Assembly (NCBI GenBank): GCA_905211535.1
Contig: CAJMAZ010000001.1
Span: 7,089-71,088 of the forward strand
From: an uncultured Collinsella sp.
Lineage (GTDB): Bacteria > Actinomycetota > Coriobacteriia > Coriobacteriales > Coriobacteriaceae
Length of the DNA stretch: 64,000 bases
Reading direction: 5' to 3'
Shown: positions 38,412 through 50,206 of the stretch, in pieces
Layout of the letters: the number at the start of each line of letters is the position of its first letter
Numbering within the stretch: the first letter of the stretch is position 1
Program-made: the position numbers and the translations under genes
Notes under the pieces: generated by a model
Told to the model about the DNA's origin: nothing
What the model saw: the letters and a program-made list of their open reading frames with translations, nothing else
Database searches by the model: none

Positions 38412-39287
38412 ATGGATTGCCCGGTCACCGCTCGTCCCATCGTTATCGTTATCTCCGACTCGCTCGGTGATACCGCTTGTGAGGTGGTGCTTGCGGCGTC
38501 CGGGCAATTTGATGAAGGGGCTTTTCGCGTTTTACGCCTGCCCAAGGTGACCTCCGTGGAGCAGGTTAAGTCATTTGTGGGGCCGCGCGTCGATGCGGAC
38601 CATCGGGATATTGCCGTGTTTCACACCATTGTCGATCCAGCGCTTCGCGCCCGCGTGCTCGATTACCTGGGTATGCTGCATATTCGCTCGGTCGACCTGA
38701 TTGGCCCGACGCTCGCCGTGCTATCGTCGCTTATCGGTGTGCCGCCCAAGGGCGTTGCGGGCGTGATTCACAGGACCGATGACCGCTATTTCCATCGCAT
38801 TGAGGCTATGGAGTATTTCGTTGAGCACGATGACGGGCGCGGTTCCGACGATCTGTCGGGTGCTGATATCGTGCTTTTGGGTGTATCGCGCACGTCCAAG
38901 ACGCCGCTGTCGATGTATTTGGCCTATCAGGGTTACAAGGTTGCTAATGTTCCTTTGGCCCATGGCATGGAGCCGCCGAAGTCAATTTACGACATTGACC
39001 CAATGCGACTGTTTGGCCTGATTTCGACCGTCGACGTTATTTCCGAGATTCGCGATAGCCGGTTGGGCGATGATTACGCCCGTGCCGTTGCCGGCTCCTA
39101 TGCCGAGCCCGAGAGTGTGCGCAGCGAGCTCGAGGAAGCCCGTGCCCTCATGAAGCGCCTAGGCTGCTTTGTGGTGCGTACCGACGGCAAGGCCATCGAG
39201 GAGAGCGCCTCCGAGATCATCAGCCACTTGGAGGAAATCCGAGAAGCCCGTGCCCGCCGCGCCGCCCGTCGAGCCCAACAAAAGTAG
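38412..39287 (+). CDS. Pyruvate, phosphate dikinase regulatory protein (PDRP, DUF299 bifunctional kinase/pyrophosphorylase)
   Basis: P-loop LGVSRTSKTPLS. Adjacent to ppdK. The stop TAG 39285-39287 lies inside repeat unit D1. Confidence 0.88.
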   Translation: MDCPVTARPIVIVISDSLGDTACEVVLAASGQFDEGAFRVLRLPKVTSVEQVKSFVGPRVDADHRDIAVFHTIVDPALRARVLDYLGMLHIRSVDLIGPTLAVLSSLIGVPPKGVAGVIHRTDDRYFHRIEAMEYFVEHDDGRGSDDLSGADIVLLGVSRTSKTPLSMYLAYQGYKVANVPLAHGMEPPKSIYDIDPMRLFGLISTVDVISEIRDSRLGDDYARAVAGSYAEPESVRSELEEARALMKRLGCFVVRTDGKAIEESASEIISHLEEIREARARRAARRAQQK

Positions 39288-39391
39288 CTAATTTGGGACG
39301 GGGCTTTTTTAGCTACCCCGGCTGAGGTCGCGATCTTTTTGGTCGATTGCCTGCGGGGGCAGCTAAAAAAGCCCCGTCCTAAATTAGCTAC
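39284..39391. repeat. REP/BIME-like inverted pair, copy D
   Basis: Two units in inverted orientation with a shortened 35-nt spacer. Unit 39284-39319 is GTAGCTAATTTGGGACGGGGCTTTTTTAGCTACCCC. Unit 39355-39391 is GGGGGCAGCTAAAAAAGCCCCGTCCTAAATTAGCTAC. Confidence 0.9.
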
Positions 39392-39470
39392 TTATGGTAA
39401 AGCGATTTAGCAAGAAACTAGCATTTGACCTGCAAGCTTCTTGCATTGGTATCTTCATAAGGTAACCACC

Positions 39471-39508
39471 TTTACCTACCGTTTACCGCCATATTTACCA
39501 CGTTTACC
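39471..39508 (+). promoter_or_regulatory. Array of four direct TTTACC repeats upstream of ppdK (candidate regulator binding sites)
   Basis: TTTACC at 39471, 39482, 39494 and 39503 (spacing 11, 12, 9). Inverted GGTAA(A/C) at 39396 and 39461. Confidence 0.3.
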
Positions 39509-39630
39509 AACCCCCGCGCCCTCTGCGCAAGCCCGCTCAATGCCCGCCGTATAGTACCCTCACGGCCCGCATCCGGCGGGTCGATTCGTTACCACGGTCG
39601 TGCGCGTAAGCGCATGGAAGGGGAAGTATC

Positions 39631-42381
<2,751 letters not shown>

Positions 42382-42419
42382 CGTTTTGGGTTTAGACGCC
42401 TAGCGTAGCCCCCTTCATG

Positions 42420-42451
42420 CCGCCCGTCTCATTCGTGAGACGGGCGGTTAT
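42420..42451 (+). terminator. Terminator after ppdK
   Basis: 12-bp perfect stem CCGCCCGTCTCA-TTCG-TGAGACGGGCGG followed by TTATC. A U-rich tract follows further downstream. Confidence 0.6.
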
Positions 42452-42493
42452 CATGTGCGGGTTTTGTCTTTTTGTCTGCGTAAAAAATTGTTC

Positions 42494-42521
42494 TTGCAGC
42501 AGAAACCCGCGCGTGTATACT
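42494..42521 (+). promoter_or_regulatory. Candidate promoter for rplS
   Basis: TTGCAG, 16-bp spacer, TATACT. Followed by leader hairpin GTGCCG..CGGCAC (42542-42566). Confidence 0.45.
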
Positions 42522-42590
42522 CGAATACGTTTGTTCAACTACGTGCCGGCCAAGGTGGTACGGCACCTCTAGAAGAGTAAGGAATTGCAC

Positions 42591-42932
42591 ATGGATTACA
42601 TCCGCGCAATCGAGCGTCAGCAGATCCGCGAGGACATTCCTCAGGTTCGCGTCGCCGACAACGTCAAGGTTCACTACCGCATTAAGGAAGGCGACCGCGA
42701 GCGCATCCAGGTCTTCCAGGGCGACGTCATCCGCATGGCCGGCGCCGGTGCCCGCGAGACCTTCACCGTCCGCAAGATGTCCTTCGGTGTCGGTGTTGAG
42801 CGTACCTTCCCGCTTCACAGCCCCAAGATCGCCAAGCTCGAGGTCGTTCGTCATGGTCGCGTCCGTCGCGCCAAGCTGTACTACCTCCGCGACAAGGTGG
42901 GCAAGGCTGCTCGCATCCCCGAGAAGCGCTAA
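42591..42932 (+). CDS. rplS: 50S ribosomal protein L19
   Basis: [11 protein letters not shown]...[31 protein letters not shown] 42591 preferred over track TTG 42585. Confidence 0.95.
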   Translation: MDYIRAIERQQIREDIPQVRVADNVKVHYRIKEGDRERIQVFQGDVIRMAGAGARETFTVRKMSFGVGVERTFPLHSPKIAKLEVVRHGRVRRAKLYYLRDKVGKAARIPEKR

Positions 42933-42966
42933 GAAGATCGCAGCGTCTGTCCACTCGTTTGGACAC

Positions 42967-42998
42967 AAGGGTCACCTTCGGGTGGCCCTTCTTTTTAT
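42967..42998 (+). terminator. Rho-independent terminator after rplS
   Basis: AAGGGTCACC-TTCG-GGTGGCCCTT followed by CTTTTTAT. Confidence 0.8.
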
Positions 42999-43007
42999 CT
43001 GATTTGC

Positions 43008-43814
43008 ATGCAAGGAGGGCCTGGTATGGCCAATATGACGAGCTCGGTTTCGGCATCGCAGGTTGCCGGCGAGCTGGCGAGCGCCACGTTTGAGGAGATC
43101 CCCGCCCTCGTGGAGCATTATCGCGAGGATCCGCGCCAGCAGGTGATCAAGGCTTGCGAACGTGCCCTTAAGCGCCATGCCAAGGAACTTGCCGAGCGCG
43201 AGCGCGTCGACGGCATGTACGAGCTGATGCACGAGCTCGGTGGGGATGGCGTGGTCGTGGGCGTCGACGAGGTGGGTCGCGGCTCGGTGGCCGGTCCTTT
43301 GACGGTGTGCGCCGTGTGCCTTCCTATGGAGCCGCGCGTCTGGGGCATCAACGATTCCAAAAAGCTCACGCCCGCGCGCCGCGAGTTGCTCTCAGTGAAG
43401 ATTGCCGAGGTGGTGACGGCGATCGGTTTTTGCCATATCGCGCCTAAGGATATCGATGAGATGGGCATGGCCCGTGCTATCCGTACCGCCGTTGCGGGCG
43501 CCGTGGCCGATACGGGACTTGAACCCGACTGCGTCCTCATGGATGGCAACCCCTTGGGCGCCGTTCCTAACGAGCGCGACGTGGTCAAGGGCGACGCCAA
43601 GATCGCCTGCATCGCCGCGGCATCCATCATGGCCAAGGTCACGCGTGACGAGATGATGGTCGAGTACGACGCCGAGTATCCCGAGTACCATCTGGCCGAG
43701 TCGAAGGGCTATGCAAGCCCCGAGCATATCGAGGCCATTCGCAAACATGGACTTTGTCCTCTGCACCGCGTGAGCTTTTGCGGAAACTTTCTGCAGACTG
43801 AGCGCCTTTTCTAG
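43008..43814 (+). CDS. rnhB: Ribonuclease HII (with about 75-aa N-terminal extension)
   Basis: VGVDEVGRGSVAGPL, DSKKL, KGDAKIACIAAASI, GYASPEH motifs. Confidence 0.92.
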   Translation: MQGGPGMANMTSSVSASQVAGELASATFEEIPALVEHYREDPRQQVIKACERALKRHAKELAERERVDGMYELMHELGGDGVVVGVDEVGRGSVAGPLTVCAVCLPMEPRVWGINDSKKLTPARRELLSVKIAEVVTAIGFCHIAPKDIDEMGMARAIRTAVAGAVADTGLEPDCVLMDGNPLGAVPNERDVVKGDAKIACIAAASIMAKVTRDEMMVEYDAEYPEYHLAESKGYASPEHIEAIRKHGLCPLHRVSFCGNFLQTERLF

Positions 43815-43863
43815 GTCAATTGTGGAGACATGGACCTCTGGGGTTTTATAAACCTGCTGGTAG

Positions 43864-43906
43864 CGGGCCGTATGCAACACCATTGTTGCGTACGGCCCGT
43901 TTTTTG
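43864..43906 (+). terminator. Rho-independent terminator after rnhB
   Basis: 16-bp stem CGGGCCGTATGCAACA / TGTTGCGTACGGCCCG followed by TTTTTT. Confidence 0.85.
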
Positions 43907-44003
43907 ACGGCATTTGGTCAGCTTTTGGTTTGCTTCCGGTACTTACCCGCATGAAAGGTGCCCTCATCATCGGGGCAATGCAGTGTGCGGGAAAGGAGAC
44001 CCC

Positions 44004-44489
44004 ATGAGTGCCGCAAGCAAAAAGAGCAAGACGCAGCAGCTCAAGGAGCGTTGGGAAAACGGCGAGCTCGACTCCGGGGCGATGACGCCCGAGTTTATCA
44101 AGGGACTCAGTCCCCGCGAGCTAGGCATGCTGGGCGAGCTGATCACCATCGACTACTTTAACGAGCGCGGCTACACCTTGCTGGAGCAGGGCTATCGTTG
44201 CACCGAGGGCGAGGCCGATCTGGTGCTGCTCGATGAGCTCGACGATGTCGTGGTGATGGCCGAGGTCAAGACCAGACGCGTTTCGCTGGATTGCACCACG
44301 CGGGTCTTTCCCGAGGAGGCCGTGGACGCCCAAAAGCAACGCCGCTACCGCCGCATCGCAAGTTGCTATCTCATGGAGCATTATCCGCTCAAGGCGATTC
44401 GCTTCGATGCTGTGGGTGTCACCATCCGCGGCGGGCATATCGCCGAGATCGAGCATCAGTACAACGCGTTCGATTGGCAGGTGTCGTGA
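44004..44489 (+). CDS. yraN: YraN-family endonuclease-like protein (UPF0102)
   Basis: GELITIDYFNERGYTLLEQGYRCTEGEADLV...EVKTR motifs. Start moved to ATG 44004 (GGAAAGGAG SD). Confidence 0.85.
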   Translation: MSAASKKSKTQQLKERWENGELDSGAMTPEFIKGLSPRELGMLGELITIDYFNERGYTLLEQGYRCTEGEADLVLLDELDDVVVMAEVKTRRVSLDCTTRVFPEEAVDAQKQRRYRRIASCYLMEHYPLKAIRFDAVGVTIRGGHIAEIEHQYNAFDWQVS

Positions 44490-46012
44490 TGGCGTTCGAG
44501 ACGTTTGCCGTTCACGCGGCCTGCATCCGCGGCGTCGAGGCGATTCACGTCACGGTCGAGGTCTCGCTTGCCGGTGGCGTTCCGGGCATCCAGATGCTCG
44601 GCATTCCGAGTATGGAGGTGATGGAGTTACGCGGTCGTATTCGCTGCGCGATGCGCTCCGCCGGGTTCGAGATCCCGCGCTCGGGCATTACCGTTAACCT
44701 GGCACCCGGCGATATCCGCAAGACCGGTAGCGGCTTTGACCTGCCCATCGCCATCGCGGTTCTAGCGGCCGATGAGCAGATTCCCCGTGACAACCTCGAT
44801 CGCTGCCTTATCGCAGGTGAGCTTGGTCTGGACGGTACGGTGCTTCCCGTCAAGGGCGAGGTGGCGTTTCAGCTATTGGCTCGCGACATGGGGCTGTCTT
44901 TTATCGCCGGCAGGTCCGACCAGCATGTGCCACTCGCGGGCGTAGATTGCGGCTTTATCGACCATCTGTCTCAGCTTGCTCACGGCATGGGCGATGCCGC
45001 ACGGCACTACTTGGATTCCGAGGGTGTCGAGGCGACCTTTGAGCCCGAGCTCGACTATGCAGACGTGCTGGGGCAGGAAGTCGCTAAACGCGGCATGGCG
45101 CTTGCGGCGGCAGGAGAACTCGGCTTGCTCATGATCGGGTCTCCGGGATCGGGCAAGACGATGCTCGCACGCCGTATGACCGGCATCCTGCCCGAGCTTT
45201 CCGTTGAGGATCAGCAGGAGGCACTGTGCATCCATTCGGTCTTGGGTGAGAACATTGATGGCTTGTTGGCGGGGCACCGGCCCTTCCGCAGTCCCCACCA
45301 TAGTATTTCGACCGCAGGCCTTATCGGCGGCGGGCGCCCGGTGCATCCGGGTGAGATCAGCCTGGCTCATGGCGGCGTGCTCTTTTTGGACGAGCTTGCC
45401 GAGTTTCCCACTGGCGTGCTGCAGACGCTGCGTCAGCCCATCGAGCGCGGCTACGTGAGGATCGTACGCGTCGACGGGGCTTTTACCTTCCCGTCGCGCT
45501 TTCAGCTGCTGGCTGCGAGCAATCCCTGCCCCTGCGGCTTTTTGGGCGATCGCGAGGTGCCGTGTCGCTGCTCGGCGGCGATGGTCGAGCGCTATCGGTC
45601 TAAACTGCGCGGTCCTTTGGCCGACCGTATCGACATGATGATCGATGTGACCCGTCCCGACCCTCAAGTGATTATCGAGGGTGCGGAGGGCATGTCGTCG
45701 GCCGAGTTACGTGACTACGTTGTGCGCGGTCGCGCCTTTCGCGCTTGGCGCGAATCCCGCATGGACGATGCGGATGCTGAGGCCGAGGATGACGAGAAAC
45801 GGTCCATTGACGGCGTCGTTTCGATCTTTGAGCTCGATGATGCGGCGGAGAAGTGTGTGCTCGGCCTGTCGAAGCGCACGCATCTCACAGGGCGTGGCAT
45901 CGTGCGCCTTGTTCGCATTGCGCGCACGATCGCAGATGTCGCCGAGAGCGAGCAGGTGACGCAGGACCACGTGCTCGAGGCGGCGATGTACCAGGGAAGG
46001 AGGGACCAATGA
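44489..46012 (+). CDS. comM: Mg-chelatase-like ATPase ComM/YifB
   Basis: Lon-protease-like N-domain, Walker A GSPGSGKTMLARR, GGVLFLDELAEF. The track ORF start 44291 overlaps yraN and is rejected. ATG 44489 overlaps the yraN stop (GTGATGG). Confidence 0.92.
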   Translation: MAFETFAVHAACIRGVEAIHVTVEVSLAGGVPGIQMLGIPSMEVMELRGRIRCAMRSAGFEIPRSGITVNLAPGDIRKTGSGFDLPIAIAVLAADEQIPRDNLDRCLIAGELGLDGTVLPVKGEVAFQLLARDMGLSFIAGRSDQHVPLAGVDCGFIDHLSQLAHGMGDAARHYLDSEGVEATFEPELDYADVLGQEVAKRGMALAAAGELGLLMIGSPGSGKTMLARRMTGILPELSVEDQQEALCIHSVLGENIDGLLAGHRPFRSPHHSISTAGLIGGGRPVHPGEISLAHGGVLFLDELAEFPTGVLQTLRQPIERGYVRIVRVDGAFTFPSRFQLLAASNPCPCGFLGDREVPCRCSAAMVERYRSKLRGPLADRIDMMIDVTRPDPQVIIEGAEGMSSAELRDYVVRGRAFRAWRESRMDDADAEAEDDEKRSIDGVVSIFELDDAAEKCVLGLSKRTHLTGRGIVRLVRIARTIADVAESEQVTQDHVLEAAMYQGRRDQ

Positions 46013-46944
46013 TGGCTGAGGGGACCTTCGAGCTGCATCCAGGTGACGCGTTGTATCCCGAGACCGTTTTGGAGCTTTCTGATGTACCTCAGACGCTCTA
46101 TGTGCGCGGCAACCCCGAGGCGCTTTCGACGCCCGCGCTCTCCATCATCGGTGCGCGAAAGGCCTCGCCGTATGGTCTTGCCGTGGCAGAGCTTGCGGCG
46201 AAGGTGGCGGTTGAGGCGGGCGTGACGGTTGTTTCGGGCGGCGCGGTCGGTTGTGACCAGGCCTCGGGTTGGGCTGCGGTCAACGCCGGCGGCAAACACG
46301 TCGTGGTGCTGGGGACGGGCGCCGACGTGGTCTACCCGCGTTCGAGCGCGGGGCTTATTACTCGCACGCTTGATACGGGCGGCGCGGTCGTGTCGATCTC
46401 TCCGTGGGGCATGGGTCCGCGCAAGTTCGCCTTTCCGCGCCGCAATCGCGTGATCGCGGCCTTGTCGCAAGCCCTCTTTGTATCCGAGGCAGGTATGCCT
46501 TCCGGCACGTTTTCTACAGCCGAGGCTGCTATGGATTTGGGGCGCGAACTTCTTGCCGTGCCGGGGTCGATCCTATCGCCCGAGTCGCGTGGCACGAATT
46601 ACCTCATTGCGAACGGTGCCTGCTGCATCATCGACGAGGAATCTATCGAGATGGCTATCTCACGCATCTACGGCACCCTGCGCTACTCGCGCCCCGATGC
46701 TCCCGGCATTGCCGACCTGGATCCAACGCAGCAGACCGTGATGCATGCGCTCATCGCCTCTCCACTCAAGGTCGACGACATCGCGGCGCTCGTCTCGCTC
46801 GATGCTGTCGGCGTACTCAAACTCTTGGGTTCGCTTGAACTCGAGGGCCTTATCGAGCGCATGATGGATGGAAGGTATGCGCCCTCCAAGTTTGCCCTTC
46901 ACGCCCAGACACCCTTCGGTCACAATGGAAAACGTGTCAATTAG
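46009..46944 (+). CDS. dprA: DNA-processing protein DprA
   Basis: IIGARKASPYG, VVSGGAVGCD, RRNRVIAALS motifs, C-terminal winged-helix. ATGATG overlap with the comM stop. Confidence 0.9.
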   Translation: MMAEGTFELHPGDALYPETVLELSDVPQTLYVRGNPEALSTPALSIIGARKASPYGLAVAELAAKVAVEAGVTVVSGGAVGCDQASGWAAVNAGGKHVVVLGTGADVVYPRSSAGLITRTLDTGGAVVSISPWGMGPRKFAFPRRNRVIAALSQALFVSEAGMPSGTFSTAEAAMDLGRELLAVPGSILSPESRGTNYLIANGACCIIDEESIEMAISRIYGTLRYSRPDAPGIADLDPTQQTVMHALIASPLKVDDIAALVSLDAVGVLKLLGSLELEGLIERMMDGRYAPSKFALHAQTPFGHNGKRVN

Positions 46945-46958
46945 AAAGGTGTTTGCAG

Positions 46959-48296
46959 ATGCAGTTCGATCAGGTGACGGTTATCGGTGGCGGTCTGGCG
47001 GGTTCGGAGTGCGCGATCCAGCTTGCAGACCGCGGGTTTGCCGTAAAGCTGTGCGAGATGCGCCCCCAGGTGAGCTCCCCGGCCCACCATACCGATCATC
47101 TGGCAGAGCTCGTCTGCTCCAATTCGTTTAAGTCGACCCGTCCGGATTCCGCGGCTGGTTTGCTGAAAGCTGAGCTTGAGCGCATGGGTTCAGTCCTGCT
47201 CGATTGCGCCCATCGCGCGGCTGTTCCCGCCGGCGGTGCCCTGGCGGTCGACCGCGTCAAGTTTTCCGAGCTTGTCGAGGCCGAGGTTGCCGCCCGTCCC
47301 AATATCGAGGTCGTGCACGGCGAGGTCACGCAGATTCCCGAGGGCCACGTGGTCATTGCCGCGGGCCCCTTGTGCTCGCCGGCGCTGAGCGAAGAGGTCA
47401 TGAAGCTCGTCGGTGGCGACGCCCTTGCGTTTTTCGATGCCGCGGCGCCGATCGTCGATGCCTCCACGCTCGATATGGACGTGCTGTTTTCGCAGTCGCG
47501 CTACGAGGAGCAGGGGAGCGGCGACTATCTCAACGCTCCGCTCAACAAGGAGGAGTACGAGGCCTTTATCGAGGCGCTCACCACGGCCGACCGCGTGGTG
47601 CTCAAGGACTTTGAGGGCGGCGATCTGTTCCAGGCCTGCCAGCCTGCCGAGGAGGTTGCGCGCACCGGCAAGGACGCCATTCGCTTTGGCGCCATGAAGC
47701 CCGTCGGCCTCACCGACCCGCGTACCGGACGTCGCCCTTGGGCGGCGATTCAGCTGCGTGCCGAGAACAAGGAGAAGACCGCCTATAACCTGGTGGGCTT
47801 CCAGACCAACCTGACCTTTGGCGAGCAGAAGCGCGTCTTCCATATGGTGCCGGGCCTGGAGAACGCTGAGTTCTTCCGCTACGGTGTCATGCACCGCAAT
47901 ACCTTTGTCGACGCCCCGCACGTGCTCGATGGCACCTTTGCCGTGCCCGGTACCGGCGTGCGCCTGGCCGGTCAGATCACCGGCACCGAGGGGTACATGG
48001 AAGCCGTGGCGACCGGTCTGCTCGCGGCGCTCAACACCTATGCAGAGGCTATCGGCGCCGATTCCGTCGAGTTGCCCCGCGTGGGCGCCCTGGGTGCGCT
48101 CGTGGGCTATGCGACCGATCCTGCCACCGTGGGCTATCAGCCCATGCATGTCAACTTTGGCCTGGTGCCGCCGCTCGAGGACGGTAAGCGCCGCAGCAAG
48201 CGCGACCGCTATCAGGCCTATGCGGACCGTGCGCTCGAGGCCCTCGATGTCTACTTGGCCACGCGTTCCGACTTGTTTGGAGGCGACCGGTCATAG
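46959..48296 (+). CDS. trmFO: Methylenetetrahydrofolate--tRNA-(uracil54-C5)-methyltransferase
   Basis: VIGGGLAGSECA FAD motif, ELVCSNSFKS, GQITGTEGYMEA. Confidence 0.94.
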   Translation: MQFDQVTVIGGGLAGSECAIQLADRGFAVKLCEMRPQVSSPAHHTDHLAELVCSNSFKSTRPDSAAGLLKAELERMGSVLLDCAHRAAVPAGGALAVDRVKFSELVEAEVAARPNIEVVHGEVTQIPEGHVVIAAGPLCSPALSEEVMKLVGGDALAFFDAAAPIVDASTLDMDVLFSQSRYEEQGSGDYLNAPLNKEEYEAFIEALTTADRVVLKDFEGGDLFQACQPAEEVARTGKDAIRFGAMKPVGLTDPRTGRRPWAAIQLRAENKEKTAYNLVGFQTNLTFGEQKRVFHMVPGLENAEFFRYGVMHRNTFVDAPHVLDGTFAVPGTGVRLAGQITGTEGYMEAVATGLLAALNTYAEAIGADSVELPRVGALGALVGYATDPATVGYQPMHVNFGLVPPLEDGKRRSKRDRYQAYADRALEALDVYLATRSDLFGGDRS

Positions 48297-48370
48297 CCTT
48301 TGACCTGTACGACACCGTCGACTCTTTTATCGCCTATATCGCACGCGTTGAGGGGCTTTCTCCCAACACG

Positions 48371-49213
48371 GTGACGGCCTATGGCTCGAGACTGGAGCGC
48401 TTTGCTGCCTGGTGCGAGCGCGAGGATATTGATGCTTTCGCTGCCGACGTGCGCACCATTCGTCGCTATCTTGCTGAGCTTTCGCGTGAGCAGGTGGCTC
48501 CCCGAACGCTTGCGGCGCACCTGTCGGCTATCCGATCTCTCTATCGCTGGATGGCTGCCGAGGGGATTGTCGAGGGCGATGCGGTCTCGGCGATCGCGTC
48601 GCCCAAGCTGCCGCGTGACCTGCCGGGCGTCCTTACGACCCAGCAGGTCGAGGCGCTGCTCAAGACGCCTGATACCTCAACACCCGCGGGACTGCGCGAT
48701 GCGGCGATGCTCGAGTTGCTCTATGCCTCGGGTGCCCGCATCTCAGAGCTTGCGGCGCTCAATGTGGAATCCATCTCATGGTCCGAGCGCACGCTGCGCC
48801 TGTGGGGCAAGGGGAGCAAGGAGCGTATCGTCCCTCTGTATCGTCGTGCGCTCGATGTGACGCGTCTCTATATTGAAGAGGGGAGGCCGGAGTTGCTCGC
48901 TCGGGCAAAGCGCCGCGACCTCGCTACCGGGCCGCATCCGCTGCTTATATCGGCGCGCGGCAATCGCATGAGCGCCGCGATGCTCCGGCGGCGGTTCCAT
49001 ACGCTGGCGACGCTCGCCGGCATTCCGGCTGACATCGCCCCGCATGCGATGCGCCATACCTTTGCGACCGACTTGCTCGAGGGCGGTGCGGACCTGCGCT
49101 CGGTTCAAGAGCTGCTAGGTCATGCGAGCCTGTCCACGACGCAGATCTACACGCATCTCACACCCGATCGGCTTAAACGTGCCGTGGCTCAAGCCCATCC
49201 CCGCGGCGAATAG
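48371..49213 (+). CDS. xerC: Tyrosine recombinase XerC/XerD family (minimal canonical-start model)
   Basis: ARISELAAL, HAMRHTFATDLL, LLGHASLSTTQIYTH (R-H-R-Y set). Homology clearly continues upstream to about 48293 with no ATG/GTG/TTG in frame (see findings). Confidence 0.85.
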   Translation: MTAYGSRLERFAAWCEREDIDAFAADVRTIRRYLAELSREQVAPRTLAAHLSAIRSLYRWMAAEGIVEGDAVSAIASPKLPRDLPGVLTTQQVEALLKTPDTSTPAGLRDAAMLELLYASGARISELAALNVESISWSERTLRLWGKGSKERIVPLYRRALDVTRLYIEEGRPELLARAKRRDLATGPHPLLISARGNRMSAAMLRRRFHTLATLAGIPADIAPHAMRHTFATDLLEGGADLRSVQELLGHASLSTTQIYTHLTPDRLKRAVAQAHPRGE

Positions 49214-49432
49214 TGGCTGGGACGTCCCGCGCCGCACTCAGGTGTGTGGTTTTGATTGCGGGTTGGCAGGAAGAGGCATTCCTGCTATCATTCATCGGGT
49301 TGCTTCACGGCAACATGTTTTTATCACGCACGCGCGGCTACTTCATACCGTGGTGCCCGGGCTTTGGTAGCACATGTCCGGGTTGGTTTTGGAGGATGAC
49401 CCCGCGCGGAGGCAAACCACAGGAGGTTTAAC

Positions 49433-50161
49433 ATGGCTACCAAGATTAATATCCGCACCCTGCTCGAGGCCGGCTGTCACTTCGGTCACCAGACCCGTCG
49501 CTGGAACCCCAAGATGAAGCCGTTCATCTTCGGTGAGCGCAACGGCATCTACATCCTCGACCTCAAGCAGACCATCCTCGACGCCGACCAGGCCTATACC
49601 TTCGTCAAGAACGTCGCCAAGGGTGGCAACGTGCTGTTCGTCGGCACCAAGAAGCAGGCTCAGGAGGCCGTCAAGAACGCTGCTGAGCGCGCCAACATGC
49701 CTTACATCAACCAGCGTTGGCTCGGCGGTATGCTGACCAACTTCGTCACCATCCGCTCCCGCATCAACCGCATGGAGGAGCTCGAGGCCATGGTCGAGGA
49801 CGGCCGCATGGCTGTTCTGCCCAAGAAGGAGCAGGCTGTTCTCGGCAAGGAGCTCACCAAGCTCCAGACCAACCTCGGTGGCGCCCGCGACATGAAGGGT
49901 CTGCCCCAGGCTCTCTTCGTCATCGACACCAAGCGCGAGGAGAACGCCATCAAGGAGGCTCAGCGCCTGAACATCCCCGTCGTCGCCCTGATCGACACCA
50001 ACTCCGATCCCGACGAGGTCGAGTACGGCATCCCCTGCAACGATGACGCTATCTCCGCTGTCACCCTTATGTGCGAGCTCATGGCTGACGCCTGCCTCGC
50101 TGGCTCTGGTAAGGAGCAGGTCTCCGAGGCCGAGATGGCCGCTGAGCCCAAGGCCGAGTAA
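49433..50161 (+). CDS. rpsB: 30S ribosomal protein S2
   Basis: [28 protein letters not shown]. Confidence 0.96.
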   Translation: MATKINIRTLLEAGCHFGHQTRRWNPKMKPFIFGERNGIYILDLKQTILDADQAYTFVKNVAKGGNVLFVGTKKQAQEAVKNAAERANMPYINQRWLGGMLTNFVTIRSRINRMEELEAMVEDGRMAVLPKKEQAVLGKELTKLQTNLGGARDMKGLPQALFVIDTKREENAIKEAQRLNIPVVALIDTNSDPDEVEYGIPCNDDAISAVTLMCELMADACLAGSGKEQVSEAEMAAEPKAE

Positions 50162-50206
50162 GTCAGTCTTAGTTAATTCTTTTTCATCTCTTTGAAAGGA
50201 ACCACA

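Noticed and set aside
35375-38545. 1056-aa ORF on the minus strand spanning the whole glyQ-glyS region
   Set aside because: It is antisense to two unmistakable aminoacyl-tRNA synthetase genes. The product is low-complexity, rich in G/A/L/V/D/H, with no motif. This is the typical stop-free mirror frame of a high-GC genome.
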